A DNA stretch of 63,511 bases, filler included, from Bigelowiella natans CCMP2755 (Eukaryota > Protista > Cercozoa): the NCBI GenBank assembly GCA_000320545.1. It is 8 parts of 8 records of this genome, joined end to end, with 100 filler letters (N's around TTAATTAATTAA, not from the genome) between each part and the next. Parts side by side here need not be neighbours in the genome. Positions count along the whole stretch, not along the records: positions 1 to 21,122 come from ADNK01003015.1; positions 21,223 to 46,735 come from ADNK01000098.1; 6 more parts are not named here. One strand, written 5' to 3'. The notes below the pieces were generated by a model. That model had not been told where the DNA came from and made no database searches. It was given only the letters and a program-made list of their open reading frames with translations. Numbering within the stretch: position 1 is the stretch's first letter; the number at the start of each line of letters is the position of its first letter. Below, in pieces: positions 10,765 through 24,453 of the stretch. The translations under genes and the position numbers were made by a program.

Positions 10765-11756
10765 ATAAAAGATATGCTAATTATGTTTAGAATAAATATA
10801 GTTATTATACATAATATAATGTTCATATGTAGTACTACCTCTGCTGGTCTTTGGGGGACGCCCACTCCTATCAGCGCGTCTAGAGCCTAATACAACAACC
10901 CGCAACACTTAGAAGGAGAAGCAGTTAAGGAAGATGACACGTATTCTATTGACTCAAGCGCATAGGTATTTCTGGGAAGAAGATGCATTCTTTCCGATTG
11001 CTTAAAATTTATAATATCGCGTCTTAAAACCTGGTCTGCCTGATTTCTTCTTCGCTATCAATCGCACCCAGCGTACACAACCAAACGCAGAAGCTTTCCA
11101 TCGGCATACTTGTAGCGCTAAATATTCAATCTGTATAATAGAGCAATACAGTCGTCAATGCTGAATTCTACTGCTATATCGTAGACCAATACGTGCGACG
11201 ATCATGTGCATGTATATGCATCTCATTGATAGTGTTTGCCTGCTTCATTCTCCTTGATATCTCTTCTCGAAGCACTGCCGCTGCGGGAGTATCGTCCTCA
11301 TTTTCCATGAGAGCGTGAGCCTGATGATAGGTATTTATTGAGATCAGGGGAAAGAGTAGTTTATAGCAAATGCCGAGAAGAAAGTATATATCGTTGGAAG
11401 AGAAGGCACCAATTGCTATCATACCCTGCTCATTGTGTCAGTAATCTTCTTGGATTCTTTCAGGATATCAGAATTTTTCTTATTCCTATCACCAAAAGAA
11501 CATGTGAGTTGATGTGATTACAATGCGCCATTACAAAGTCAGTTTGCATGATGTGTTTGGAGACGAAGGAGCGGGTGATGAGAAGTTGAATTACCCTCTA
11601 GCTGAACGAGCAGTCACAGGGATGGCGATGTTAGCTCCTAAAGAGACAGACCACCAGAAGTTGAGTTGAGAGAACCATGTTTTTAGAGACGAGGAAAGGA
11701 TAAGCCAATAAAAAAAAAATGCTGTTCCATACTCTTTAGATTGTGTTGTAAACCAT

Positions 11757-11806
<50 letters not shown>

Positions 11807-11981
11807 GACATCTCTACCTTGTAAAGCTGTTCGAAGCTTCATGACTTGCCTCATCATCGTGGCATTATCTCTGCATGAAGGCAAGATTCAATGAATAATA
11901 CAACAATCAATCACATATTGGAGGGGAGCTAGCTTTATGGGGAAGGAGAACTATCAAGACAGACCAAACTGATTACATTAC

Positions 11982-12021
<40 letters not shown>

Positions 12022-12147
12022 CTAGTCAGCATAGAGCAAAGCATTCTGATGACAACCGTAGAAGCTGTCTTTCCTTCTTCTTTCCTGTATCTCCTAACGT
12101 TCTCAGCTTTTCTTCCAGGTCTGACACCTATTATCATTGTACAAGGC

Positions 12148-12178
<31 letters not shown>

Positions 12179-12297
12179 GTGGTGCTCATACTGTCATCTC
12201 TGTCCCTAAATCTTCAATTTAGTAAAGAAGATACTACACTTAGTGAAAAGACACCGAGCTACAAACAGGAATCAAGATATACACTAGTATAATTCGG

Positions 12298-12340
<43 letters not shown>

Positions 12341-13624
12341 TAGATGATTCTGCTACAGTCGAAGTTTGTACCATATCTCTGCTTTTATCTAATGACTCCT
12401 GAAGTTTCTCTCTTGCGGTAGCCTAAAAGGCATAATAACAATCAAGATATTTCTTTCATTTACTACCACAGCTGCAATTTTCCTTCATTTGACTTACATT
12501 AATAAGAAAATATGAGAAAGAACATCATTCTTTCCATGGTTTCACTCACCAACTCCTTCATGACATCCTTTATTTCTTCTATATCCGTGCTGCCATCAAT
12601 GCCTTTGATCCTAGAGTTGTAAAAAAACTATTATGAGCCCCATCTAGATCTTTTCATTGGCGACAAGTTTGTTTACGTACATCTGAGCAATTTCAGCGTC
12701 GTGCATCTCTCCTTTTCCATCATTTTTGGATGGTGTTGATGCCTGTTATGGCGCAACATGCTGTTATCATCATCGCTTGTAATTCATCTCTAAATCAGTG
12801 AACCAAAAATAATTTCCGAGAGGAGTTGCACACACCTTCTTTTTGCCTTCTTTCTTTTGCCCTTTTTTCAGCTCATAGATTTCGTTTTGGAGATTCAGAA
12901 TCTTATATATACATATTGCAATGAGATGATGTTTTAGGAGAAAGCGTATACACTTTTGTATACAAGCGAGACTAACAAAGGTCTCAGATCATAAATGCAT
13001 TCCATGCATACGCTATATGATATATCTTTATCACATGCATTTTCCAGCCTCCTTTTATGTATATAGAGTGAATATTTTTGACCTCTTCTTCTCTCTCGGA
13101 TAACAACTGCGCCGCCTTCTCTCGCCATTCCTCTCCACCATTGCCTTCTTCATCCTCGTCGGCACCTTCCTTTCCTTTGAACATTCTGTCACGAAGGGGG
13201 TATAACCATGGCAAAATGATAAGTGAGTGCTGCATATTACTGGAGAACTAGGTGGCCATGTCTACTACTACCACTCACACCTACCCTAAATGGTTGTTTT
13301 GGTGAAGAAACTTGTTCTTTTTCTTTGACTTTTTGTATTTCATCTGAGAGGGTAGAAAGGAAAATGTCAAAGGGAAGTTTGGTTCCATAATCATACAGAT
13401 GATGATCGTGTTGTGTTAGTGCCGACCTTCATCTTGGTATATTTGTCCACCATCTTCTGGTAAGCTTTCTCTTTCTCTTCAAGCTCATTCTTATACCTTT
13501 GGATCAGCACCATCATCATCATTATGTACAAGCCAAACAACTATGAAAGACCGGAGGAGATTAGAAAAAGAAGGGAAAAGAAACATTGGAGACTATAGGT
13601 TCCTTAAATAATGTATAGTAGCAG

Positions 13625-13667
<43 letters not shown>

Positions 13668-15092
13668 GTTTCCATGAGTCTTGTGTGAGCGGTAAGCGGA
13701 CCTCTCATCCAGAGATCGCATTTGCTGTTGCGTGTCCTTTTCAGCGGCATCTTTGACTTCCATTAGCTACAAGAACATGAGTACCATCATCATCATCACC
13801 ACCACGATATCATCACTTTATATTCATATGATTTGCTCATAATTTGCTGTATCATTACCTGGATATCATGATTTACGTTTGCATACTTAATTTCGCTCTG
13901 CAGAGTTTCTTGTTCCAAATAACTGCCAACAACATCATAGTAGAGTGAAAGGAGAATCTTGGATATTGGTGATGAATTTCACTTTTGTAATGAAGGAAAT
14001 AATAGCTTCCAAGGATGAATTTTACTTTTATAATGAAGTAAATGAATAACGCCACCTTTCTGATAGTCTTTGTATCATTTTACTGCAGTTCTCCTACGCG
14101 TATGTGTACATTAATTCAATTATTTTTGTAAATATCGATGCTCGATGCTAAATATACTTTCTGTTAAATATGTACAGCTATCTTTGTAGATCATTCGTCC
14201 TTGATTTCTCGATATATTAATGACCTTGAGCTCTTCCATGTCTTCCGGAAACTCAGAAAATATTTCCAATTCATCTCTAAGGTCCTCAATATCTTGTCCA
14301 CCGAATCTATTTATCACGTCAAAAGACAAAAGTCGTGGCGTGACTTCTCACAACTGGTATATTTTCCACACTTACTCTCCCAACATTAAGTCCCTTACAC
14401 GGACTGCAGCATATGAAAAGAAAAGAAGAGGGGTACCACCTATTCTTGGGATCGAATTTTATCTTGCCTTCCTTTCCTTTGCTAATCTTTAATAAGTAAG
14501 TAATAAACGGCAAGTGATGAGAGAAGAAAATAAAGCTTATTCGATATAAGTTTGACGACACGATGTCGTACAAATAGGCACATTTAAATTTGCTGCTACT
14601 ACCCGATTTTCTTCTCTCACGAGGAGAACTAGTTTAATCAACCGGGAAAAGTCGGTGAATAAGCTGTGAATAAGACGCATTGTGAGAAATCATTGCCACA
14701 AAGCAACATTAAACCCGATGCATACAGAATTTAATTGCTATCAGTTAATAATGCTACCTCGGATCACATTTGAAACCAATCTTTGCTTTAGACTTGGACC
14801 TGGGAGAGAAAGTGAAAGAGAGAGAGAGAGAGAGAAAGGGTTAGGATATAGAGATGATATTGAGAGCATGAAACCAGAATCCATGTAGGTAATAGGTCGC
14901 TGCTGGAAATATAATTTCTATTACATAATTGGTACGGCGCCGCTCTTTTCATCAGTCAGGTCAAGATCGAGCACATCTGATTTCGAAAACTTTGGATCCA
15001 CTTCTTTCACTAATCCGTAAAAATGGAGGTCGTCCCAACCCTGAAAAGTCTGTGATAATATTTGTATACTTGATTTATTTTCCACACATACG

Positions 15093-15173
<81 letters not shown>

Positions 15174-15680
15174 CATGCAGCATGTTCAGAATGAATGACA
15201 CCTTTAAAAGTTCTTCCATTTTCATCATTGAACTTGCACTTTGGCGCATTTTTTTCCTGTGTATAGAAACTATTAAAAAATATGTTCGCGCTAAGTTAAT
15301 CGGAAATAATCTGCCTGCAAATGAGGAATGGCACAATTTTTTGCCAGTCTATTGGCGGTGAGTTTCAACACTTTGAATTGGTATTCGTTCCTTACCGCAT
15401 CGTTGCAGCCTGATGCAAAATGCCTGGTTGACGAAAATAGGGCATACTTTCCATCCAATTTACGAATGCGTTCGGTTGGAAATGAAACTGAACGGATTCT
15501 CCTTTAGCACCACGGAAGCGAGTCATCGATCTCGAGGTTGTTGCCTGGAGGAAACATGCATTTCGGGCGACGAAGACGCAAATATTTACAAGCATTCATT
15601 TCACAAGCACTTATTACCCTCCTGTATCTTCCTGGACTTCCAGGAACCTCCTTTTGCTGCACACTACCCCCTGATCCCAT
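8277..15680 (-). CDS. Kinesin-14 (KCBP-like C-terminal motor) with long coiled coil and N-terminal myristoylation motif; about 33 exons
   Basis: The motor exon 8277-9446 has neck KYHNMIEDMKGKIRVYCRIRP, P-loop GQTGTGKT, switch I NAGSSRSH and switch II DLAGCE. Upstream exons splice in frame back to ATG 15680 (MGSGGSVQQ...), using two GC-AG introns. Confidence 0.88.
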
Positions 15681-16336
15681 CTTTCTGTTCTTGGTGGCCG
15701 TCTTCTTATGCGACTAGGATTAGAAGAAAACCCCTGTCTACTTCAAACCACAGTTGTGGCCATACCTACTTTTAAATTGCGTTTACAACCTCTTGAGTGC
15801 TTAATAAAGCACCGGGAGAGGATCGGTGTCGTAAATGAAGGAATAAAAACATGAGTCGTTATTCTTTCGATTAACGGTAATCCTGTACCTGTGCAGCTTC
15901 GCTTCCTGTGTGTCACGTTTCTATTTACTTCAGATTCTCAACACGACAAGATGCTTTCCAGATGATGAGTTCCTGCGGAAAAGAATCCCTGCGCAGCTTC
16001 TTTTTACTCACCAACGTAGTCAGCCATCCACCCTATCGATCATTTTGTGAGCTCCTTCTCCTTTGAGATGATGATGAGCTCTTCTGCTTGCGAGCGTTAC
16101 CCGAAACGATTACCAGAATCAAAGATATGAGCACAGTTTCACTGGTTAATACATATATGTAGGACAATTACACTAAGCGACAATAATTCACACTTCTTGT
16201 AAGGATGAAAAGGGAGATCCTTTCGAGACGAGGCGGGCGACTTCAGTGTATTTTACTGCCTGCGACAAGGCATTGATGTTTGGGATCCGAGCCGAGAAGG
16301 ATTGGGTTCCGATTGTACCAAAAATCCACACTCGGT

Positions 16337-17261
16337 ATGCCCCTACCCTCCACCCCCTCGCTACTACTTCTTTGTCTGCTACCTCATGCCCTGACAGCAC
16401 AGACTATACGTACACCCTCTTCGAGAATTTATTCATCACAGACTGGGTTAAGGCGAATTAGGAGCTTCTTTCTTCCTACCTCGAAAATTAGCAGTAGTTG
16501 TGTTGCAAGGCCAACGAGTAATGGCCGAATAATCAGTGATTCAGCGAGGAGGAGGAGACCTCAAAGAATGCGTCCTGTTCAGGCTGAGAAACAACAATTT
16601 GAAAGGTTTTGGACACTGAATATATCATAGTAGCTCCTTCCGTTGGGATTGAGTGTTTCTTCGTTCATGATCTGTTTGCTTTGGTAAGTTTTGAAGATAT
16701 GCTCAAGAACTTTGAACTACCGGTACTTGTCGATTTCTACGCAACATGGTTGGTCAACTCATTCTAACATTAACGCCTTATTCGACTGCTATTAATTAAA
16801 ATGCGGCGCTCTTCATAAATCTGATACTGAAGGTGTGGTCCTTGCCAAATTATGGAGAAGGAATTGGAAACTGTTCAGGTAGTTAACGGCGATGATGGAA
16901 AACAACTAACTCACTATTCCATGAGAAATAGTAGTAGTAAAAGGCGATGATGGAAAACAACTAACTAACTACTGCATGAGAAATAGTAAATCTTCCCTCT
17001 ATATTTCTAGACTACACTTCGGAACAAGATTCAAGTTGTGAAGATCGATACTGATCAACACCAGAGCATTGCAACAGCACAGGAAGTCTATGGACTGCCA
17101 ACCATGGCTCTGTTTAAGGTGGTTGTCAAATATTTCAACATATTTACACGTCGTCGTCTATCTAATCGCTCATACTTTAGGAAGGGAAGCAAATATGGCG
17201 CATGGAAGGTGCAATGCCAGCTGCCAAGCTCATTCAGACCCTCGAAAAATATCTCGATTAA
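16337..17261 (+). CDS. TRXy: Plastid thioredoxin y with bipartite targeting presequence
   Basis: Signal MPLPSTPSLLLLCLLPHALTAQ, Ser/Arg-rich transit region, then AEKQQFESFEDML...PVLVDFYATWCGPCQIM...KIDTD...GLPTMALFKEGK. Confidence 0.9.
16888..16990. repeat. Intronic tandem duplication (~55 bp x2)
   Basis: gcgatgatggaaaacaactaact...catgagaaatagta occurs twice. Confidence 0.85.
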
Positions 17262-17539
17262 CAATGGAAATTGTTATTATGATATCTGTTTGAGATGCCA
17301 TCCAAGATGCGAAGTTTACACCGAGAGGAGTAGAATTACTTCTTCGATTATTCTAATTTGCGACCAAGTATCAGGAGCTTGTACATAGTATCATGAGCAA
17401 ACCAGAAGTAGTGGTTCAAACGATTAGAGCATGTACGTTTTAATCACAAACTTACCTGCTTCGAGCGAAAAGCTTGCACTCTTTGTTCATTAATCTAGAT
17501 ATATTATGTACATGCGCACACACACACACACACACACCT

Positions 17540-17592
<53 letters not shown>

Positions 17593-17639
17593 ATATGTGC
17601 ACAGCAAAGATAGCATGCACACTTCTATCTACACACAAA

Positions 17640-18530
17640 AGATACTACTTTAACAATGATGTGTAGATATGATGGGTATCATCATTATCGCTTCATAGCT
17701 AGATAGAGCTAGGGCTAACGCGCGAGAGAGAAGCCACACAATCTAGCTTACCTCCCCCATCCTATCTAGCTATGCTAGTATGTCCCATGCAAATGGCATC
17801 ATTTCATCATGTGCAGCACTGTTATCTAGTTGCATTCGATCAGCACTGCTGCTCCATCGGAGAGCTAGCAGAGAGCTGAGCAGCTGTGCGTTAAAGATTA
17901 GCTAGTTAGTTATTTAGCAGCACGATATGCTTGGACGCATGCTAGCATGCTCTGCTAGACCTAGCTAGCTAGAGACTAGTAGATGACGTGCGCACATCGA
18001 TGCTGCGCCTAGCTAGCTAGCTCTAGAGCTAGCTGATGCAAGCAACATACCTAGATACGCTGTCGTCACTAGCGCTACTAGCTAGCTAGCTGGATCACCA
18101 CCGTGCATGTCACAAACTTGTACAATCTCTAGCATGGATCTAGCAAAGCATAATGTCCAGAAACATATTGACTGCACTAGCTAGTGTAGAGAGTCTCTAG
18201 AGTCTAGAGAGCATGAGTGTCCAGGTGTGTCACATCACATGCATCGTCAAATGCTTCCATAGTCGATGGACAAGCTAGTCTAGCAAGTCAATTATTAAAA
18301 TGGCGACAGCCACCAGTCATCTACGTACACTAGTATATGTACACAACATGCTGAGACTAACAGATTCAACATTTGTATATTTGCACAGCTACATGAGGAT
18401 GACCATTGAACAAATTTAATTTATCAGTTACCCCCGTCTTACGTACTCCGCATGCGTGTATCTCAAATCGCATAGCTTGGGAGGTAAACGACTGGCACTA
18501 GCTAGCTAAGCGACCATCAAACATTGCATG
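17640..18530. other. Extremely CTAG-rich tract between convergent genes
   Basis: Roughly 25 CTAG in 17930-18290, including (CTAG)n runs, plus many GCATGC/TGCA motifs. Confidence 0.85.
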
Positions 18531-18771
18531 TAGGGTGCTATAGTATAGGGACTTATAAGTCCATCCATATAATAGACATCATCCACTACTACTACACTAC
18601 ACTCTTATGCGACTACTACGTACGTAGCAAACATGATTGCGCATCATTTTATCATCAGATTACCTCAGCAGGTATTGTAGCAGATCTATTACAAAATGCA
18701 ATTATACGAGTGCATCGAGCTACTTACTTAACGGACGGTCCTTCTCTCCCATTCTATCATTCATATTCTAA

Positions 18772-20019
18772 TTATGATCGCTTCTTCCTCCCCCTTCTAG
18801 CTAGTGCAGCTCTCATCTGGTCCTGCAGACTCATAGGGCCTCCTCCTCCTCCTCCTCCTCGCCCACGTCTACCACCTCCTGATCTCCCCCCCCCCCCTGC
18901 AGATTTGCCGGGGACTGTTGGGCCACTCCCATCTCGCATCTTTTTCTATACATGATATGTTGGCATTATGCTCATTAATTGTCGATCGTGTTTTAATATC
19001 TTCCAATTCGTAGCATCATCATCATCATCATCGTCAACAACATCGTCGTACGATGACGTGCTCGTCATCATCTCTATGAGATTGGTACTGACCTTTGACT
19101 TCTTGAGTTTTTTCCCTTTCCGTATAGCAGCCAAGAGACTGTTACGATCTCCACCGCCGCTAAGGGGAGAAAAGGAGGAAAAATTGTGTCACTGCCATCA
19201 CATATACATATAACTACTGAATAACAGCAATAACTACAACTTATAACAGCAAGGACGAATGATGGTAATCGTAGTAGTAGTAGTAATGATGATGATGATG
19301 ATGATATTTAGTCAACATATGTTGTGCTAACCCTCCACTTTTCGGAGCTCTACCACCACCGCTGCCTCCTCCTCTAATTCCCCTTTTTATTTCAGGAGCA
19401 CGGCCAATCGTTGGGGGAGGGGGCAAGCCACCGCCTCCCCCCATCACGGGTGGAGGAGGAGGTCCACCAAGAGCTGAAGGAGGTGGTGGTATTCCGCCCC
19501 CCATCATCGGTGGGGGTGGGACTCCTCCGCCTCCCATCATCGGTGGGGGTGGAATTCCAGCAGTAGCAGGTAGGGGAGGGGCGCCGAATCCTAGTTGCGG
19601 ATACAATAAAAATCATCTACCTTATGAATGTGAATAATAGTCATAATCAAGAAGATCAATAAATATAAATCATCTATCTTATGAATGTCAATAAATAGTC
19701 ATATTCAGGAGGATCCAGAGTGTTTCTGTATCTCTTTATTATTAACGCTGCTGCTACCGCTGTGACACTACTACATTCAGATAATTATCACCAGGGGGAG
19801 CTCGAGGAGGGGGAGGGATGGTAGATTGGGTGGTGGGAGGAGGTGGAGACTTCCTCAATGGGGTTGGAGGACCACCGCCTCTGTTCAAACCAGCAGTGTT
19901 AGGAGCGGGCCTACTAGCCATTGGACGACTCGGAAGAGGCCTTGTTCCACCGCTGATGATGATGATGATGATGATGATGAGATGACCATGATGATGATGA
20001 TGATGATGATGAGATGACC

Positions 20020-20055
<36 letters not shown>

Positions 20056-20669
20056 CGTGGAATAGATAGCTATTCATCAAAATCCTAAAGCAGTTGTATT
20101 ACTCATTCAATCTCTGGTTATCATAGTTTCATTCTGTATTTCTCCACTCTTTCATCGTTGAATGTATTCACAAAACAACATTGATTGCTATCATATCGGT
20201 TGTTGTACCGTTTCATCATTGGGGGGGGGGCAGAATGAGGGGCAGAGAACTTGGCACCGCCTCCAATTCCACGACTACCAGCACCACCACCACCAGCACC
20301 AGCAGAAGAAGCAGAAGCGCCAAACCTCTTCGAGCCGAATAATACTGCCGACTTATTATTTTTCTTGATTCCTGAGCCACGCTTCTTGATTCCAAATTGT
20401 CTTTTACTATTGCTACCCCCTAACCCTACAAAATGAGTGAGTAGTGGTGGTGAGACTATGTTGGTAATACTTGGTGACTATTGCTACAAATGAGCTGTTG
20501 ATTTAGAACTAATCTACTACGGTGTTGTCGAATAAGGAGTTACCTCCTCTTCCTCCTCCTCCTTTCTTATCACCACCGGCTTTACGTGAGGCCAAAGCTG
20601 CCTTCATCTGATCCTGATACATCATAATGGATGATGAATGGTGGTGATGACGACAAGGATGACGATGAC

Positions 20670-20705
<36 letters not shown>

Positions 20706-20930
20706 TATGTTATGGGTTTCGTTACTCACATATCAGCCATGAGGAAGGAGAAGGAGAGGTAAGTCTTCTATTTCATACAATTCTCACATCATATACTTCT
20801 TTATCACCTGAAAGCTCATTGGACCTGGCCCTCTTCCTCCCCCCCCCCCTCCCCTTTTGGGAATTGCACCACGGGGACCTCTTCCAGGTGATGACGACGT
20901 CTTTCCAAGAGGACTTCGCTGTTTTGGTTT
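18772..20930 (-). CDS. Proline/glycine-rich actin regulator with WH2 motif; 5' end lost in assembly gap
   Basis: Polyproline exons, WH2 motif GGDRNSLLAAIRKGKKLKKSK, and two copies of the helix MS(F/L)QDQM(K/R)AALA(S/R)R. Ends ARRGRKKRS* at 18772. Confidence 0.8.
19608..19717. repeat. Intronic tandem duplication (~59 bp x2)
   Basis: aaatcatcta.cttatgaatgt.aata..tagtcata.tca.ga.gatc.a is repeated. Confidence 0.8.
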
Positions 20931-21122
20931 CTGTAAGTATTGAAGAGGGAGGGGGCGGCTTATTGAAGAATGGTGGAAGAGATGACAATAACAATGATGA
21001 CAATGCGTGCTCCGATGTTGAAGCAAGCACCCTGTGTATGTATATCATCTTCGATGCTGTCATGGTGGATAATATTGTGAAAGGGAGTGAAGGAAGAGGA
21101 GGAGGAAGAAGAAGAAGAAGTG

Positions 21123-21222
21123 NNNNNNNNNNNNNNNNNNNNNNNNNNNNNNNNNNNNNNNNNNNNTTAATTAATTAANNNNNNNNNNNNNNNNNNNNNN
21201 NNNNNNNNNNNNNNNNNNNNNN
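21123..21222. other. Assembly gap linker; also at 46736-46835, 49664-49763, 51558-51657, 53022-53121, 54975-55074 and 60345-60444
   Basis: Identical 100-nt N-TTAATTAATTAA-N spacers carrying six-frame stop codons; artificial. Confidence 0.97.
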
Positions 21223-21799
21223 AATCCAAATGATGCTAAAATTGCGCTTCATGAAGGGGATGCCGGCGAGGTTACGAGCCTTCTGTACATTGATCCAATT
21301 ATTGCTGGAAGACTAAAGAAACACCCAAGTAGATGGTATTCATTTCATGTGGGATAATGTCATTGAATCAATGGACAAATTAAAAAGTGGCCATGAAGGC
21401 AACGGGTGTATTCTTTCCCCACTTGATGGGACTCGGCAAAACTCTCCAAGCAATCACTTTCGTTCATGGATTTCTGAAGTATAAAGGGAAAGGACATATG
21501 CACGCCCAGTGACAATTTACCTTCGCTCTCTCGAGGTCCATCCGCGGCCCTCCCCCAGGCTGTATAATGAATCACATCGTCAATACACACACACACACAC
21601 ACACATAAATACACACACACACCCACCCACCTGAAAGGGCACTTTGAGCACATCAACGACCCTAGACAGTATCTTCGCGAGTGCGGCAGTGCCGCCCCCC
21701 AGGTCCTCAGGCCATTTCTTCACGCCAGTAAGGACGCGCTTCTTGCATAGTCCTATGACCGCCTGTCGGAGGCACACACACACACACACATGCACATAG

Positions 21800-21830
<31 letters not shown>

Positions 21831-22677
21831 GAGTTACATTTCGCACAATTGGCGCGAATAGTTGCACGAGGCCATATGGAAAATCCCGATGTGTATGTAG
21901 CACCCGCCGCTACTGTCTCTGCGGTGAATAAAGAGGTGGTACTACTACTGCTACTACTACTAGTACCACCACTACCTGGATTAGTTCGTCGTTGAATATC
22001 CGACCGGACCTGATTGGAAGAAACCAATGGGGGGGGGGTGGTAAGGAGAGTAGATGGGGAGGGAGCAGAGGGGGGGGGAGTCCGCAGCAGCCGCCGAGAA
22101 CTATAGAGCTATACAAGATCTCTCTCACACGGTGTAGGTAAGCAGCCAAAAAAACATGCAAGGAGACAATCTGTGACAACGATGATGAGTCGTTGCTATT
22201 CCCTACAAACCCCGTGGACTCATATGTATTGCGACGGCAGTAATATTATTGATCAATAATATTACTGGTGATATTAATGTTAATACCCCGTTAACACGGA
22301 AGCGCCCCGTTCCCCCTCCCTTTTATGCTCATCGCTAGGTCCGGCAGAGGTGGAACTTGCCCCCCCCCCACCAGCGATCGCTATCACTGAAACCTGTCGT
22401 GGAGATTGGGGGCTTGTTAGTCGGTTTCAGAGGGGGTGGGGGGGATATTAGAGTGACTGCAGATAGATGCAAGCAGCGACTACTGAGGGAGGTTCATAAG
22501 AGAGAGAAAAGGCTGAACATCGTATCGTGGCCATCGTACCGTTTCCAGCGCTGCGTCGAGGCCGTTTATCGACAAGGCCCCGGGCTCCATTCTGATGATG
22601 TGGTCGCACACGCGCGCCCACACCCCGCTCTCCACCATGCTCCCAGCCACACCCCGGTGGGAGGAGTGAGAGAAGGG

Positions 22678-22714
<37 letters not shown>

Positions 22715-24407
22715 GGCGATAAGGCAGGTATGGTGGCGGTGCTGCTACTGCTAGATTCGTCTCGGACAGCGTTTCCTCCTGCTCCAATTATCGACTTCTG
22801 CTGCTGCAGTGTATTATTGGCTGAGGAGGAAGGGGGGGGGGGCGGAGGAGGAAGGGGGGGAGGGAGAGGTAATGAAGAGTGAGCGGCGATTTCGACGCGT
22901 AGTTGCTCAAGCCTGCTACTCACTGGCGGCCATCACAAGCGATAATCATGATGTAACTTAGTACAATGCTGCATTTGGTCTCATCATCATCGTCATCATC
23001 ATCATCATCATCATCCATATGGCCACTACTTCTACCACTTCTACTCCTAGCACCGCCACCTGAAGAGGGATTGCCCGACGCCGATTTAGACGCTGCTGCT
23101 GCGGCTTTGATGAGGTCCCGTGCTGCACCCATGTAGCCGTCCACGGACCCGGAACTTATCAACCCGAACGACGAGCCTGGGGAGTAGGAAAACCAGTGGA
23201 ATCAAGTAGTACTCGCAGCAGCAGCACCAGCAGCAAGTGTGTCTCTACCCCCCCCCCCCCCCCCCCTCTCGTTTCTCGTGTTGAGCAGGAATCTAAGTAC
23301 TCCAAACCTTCGATATTTCCAACCGGCGAAAAGGAAGCGGCCGCGACTCGCTGTCGCTTGTTCTTCTTACCGTTGTGGTTGGTGCTGCTGCTGGTGCTGC
23401 TGGGGGTGGCGGTGAGGACAAGGTGGCTTCCGAGCACGACGCTCAATTTGCCTAATCCTGTATTGCGCAGAAGTAATAGTAGTAAGTAGAAGCATAGGGG
23501 TGAGGCTTAAGGACGGGAGATGAAGAAGAGAGACAGATGAAGAACCCAACCCCCCCCCCCTTCTCCTTTCCCTCTTCAGGTGTGGAACGACATGTACAAA
23601 TAGTGGCTTATCATCAACACGGACCGGCTTTTGTAGCGGCCAGGACAGCCTCACACGTCTTGCCTCCTGTGATGAGGATGAGGATGAGGATGCGGATGAT
23701 GATGATGATGGCATCGAATCAAAAGCGGCGGCAAAAATGATACTTCCATCATCAACTGCGGTAGGCCCGAGTGGCTCACAAATTATGGCAAGAAGAGGTT
23801 ACTACTAATTTATGCTAATACCAAACGATCGCAGGCTATCGCTCAACCGCGAGGCAGCGACGCGCACGGAGGCGCTCTCATTAGCCACGTCCAGCATCAC
23901 CCCCACCACTTGCGCCGGGGACAGCAAGCGTGATATCTGAGGAGGGAGACGCGCGGGAAATTGAAGGATAGAGGACGGGGGGGGGTGAAATAAAGAGAGG
24001 ATTAGAGAGAGAGGGAGAGAGGGAGGTGGAGGAGGGTAAGTGTGTGTATGAGTGCGTGCTTTGTCAACCTGTCCGATTTCGCTGTCCTGGCCGAAAGCGC
24101 CCGTATTCACCGTTTTACCGGCCGATTTCATGATCTCTCGCTTCTTCCGCTGCTTGGCAACCGCATTATCACACACCTGACAAAAAGGAAGGACGGCGAA
24201 CATAACAGGGCAGCACACGGCTCTGCTCTCAGCCTGGACTCTTTGCGGTGAACGTGTGTGATCCATGGGACAACCCAAACCCATCTCCTCGCAGTGTGAC
24301 TCGAAACAGCACGGCGACATGATACATTTGGAGGAGATCCGTTCCGCGGTGAAGCACCCCTCCCCCACATATGTGTAAACATAATATATAGAAAAATAAA
24401 TAGAAAA

Positions 24408-24453
<46 letters not shown>

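Noticed and set aside
21123-21222. Recurrent TTAATTAATTAA motif (7 copies) as a biological repeat
   Set aside because: Always centred in N runs of identical length; an artificial six-frame-stop scaffold linker.
20930-21315. Fusion of the STK36 kinase with the WH2/polyproline exons
   Set aside because: They are separated by a gap of unknown size, and the terminal ARM repeats of Fused are not seen, so two genes are more parsimonious.
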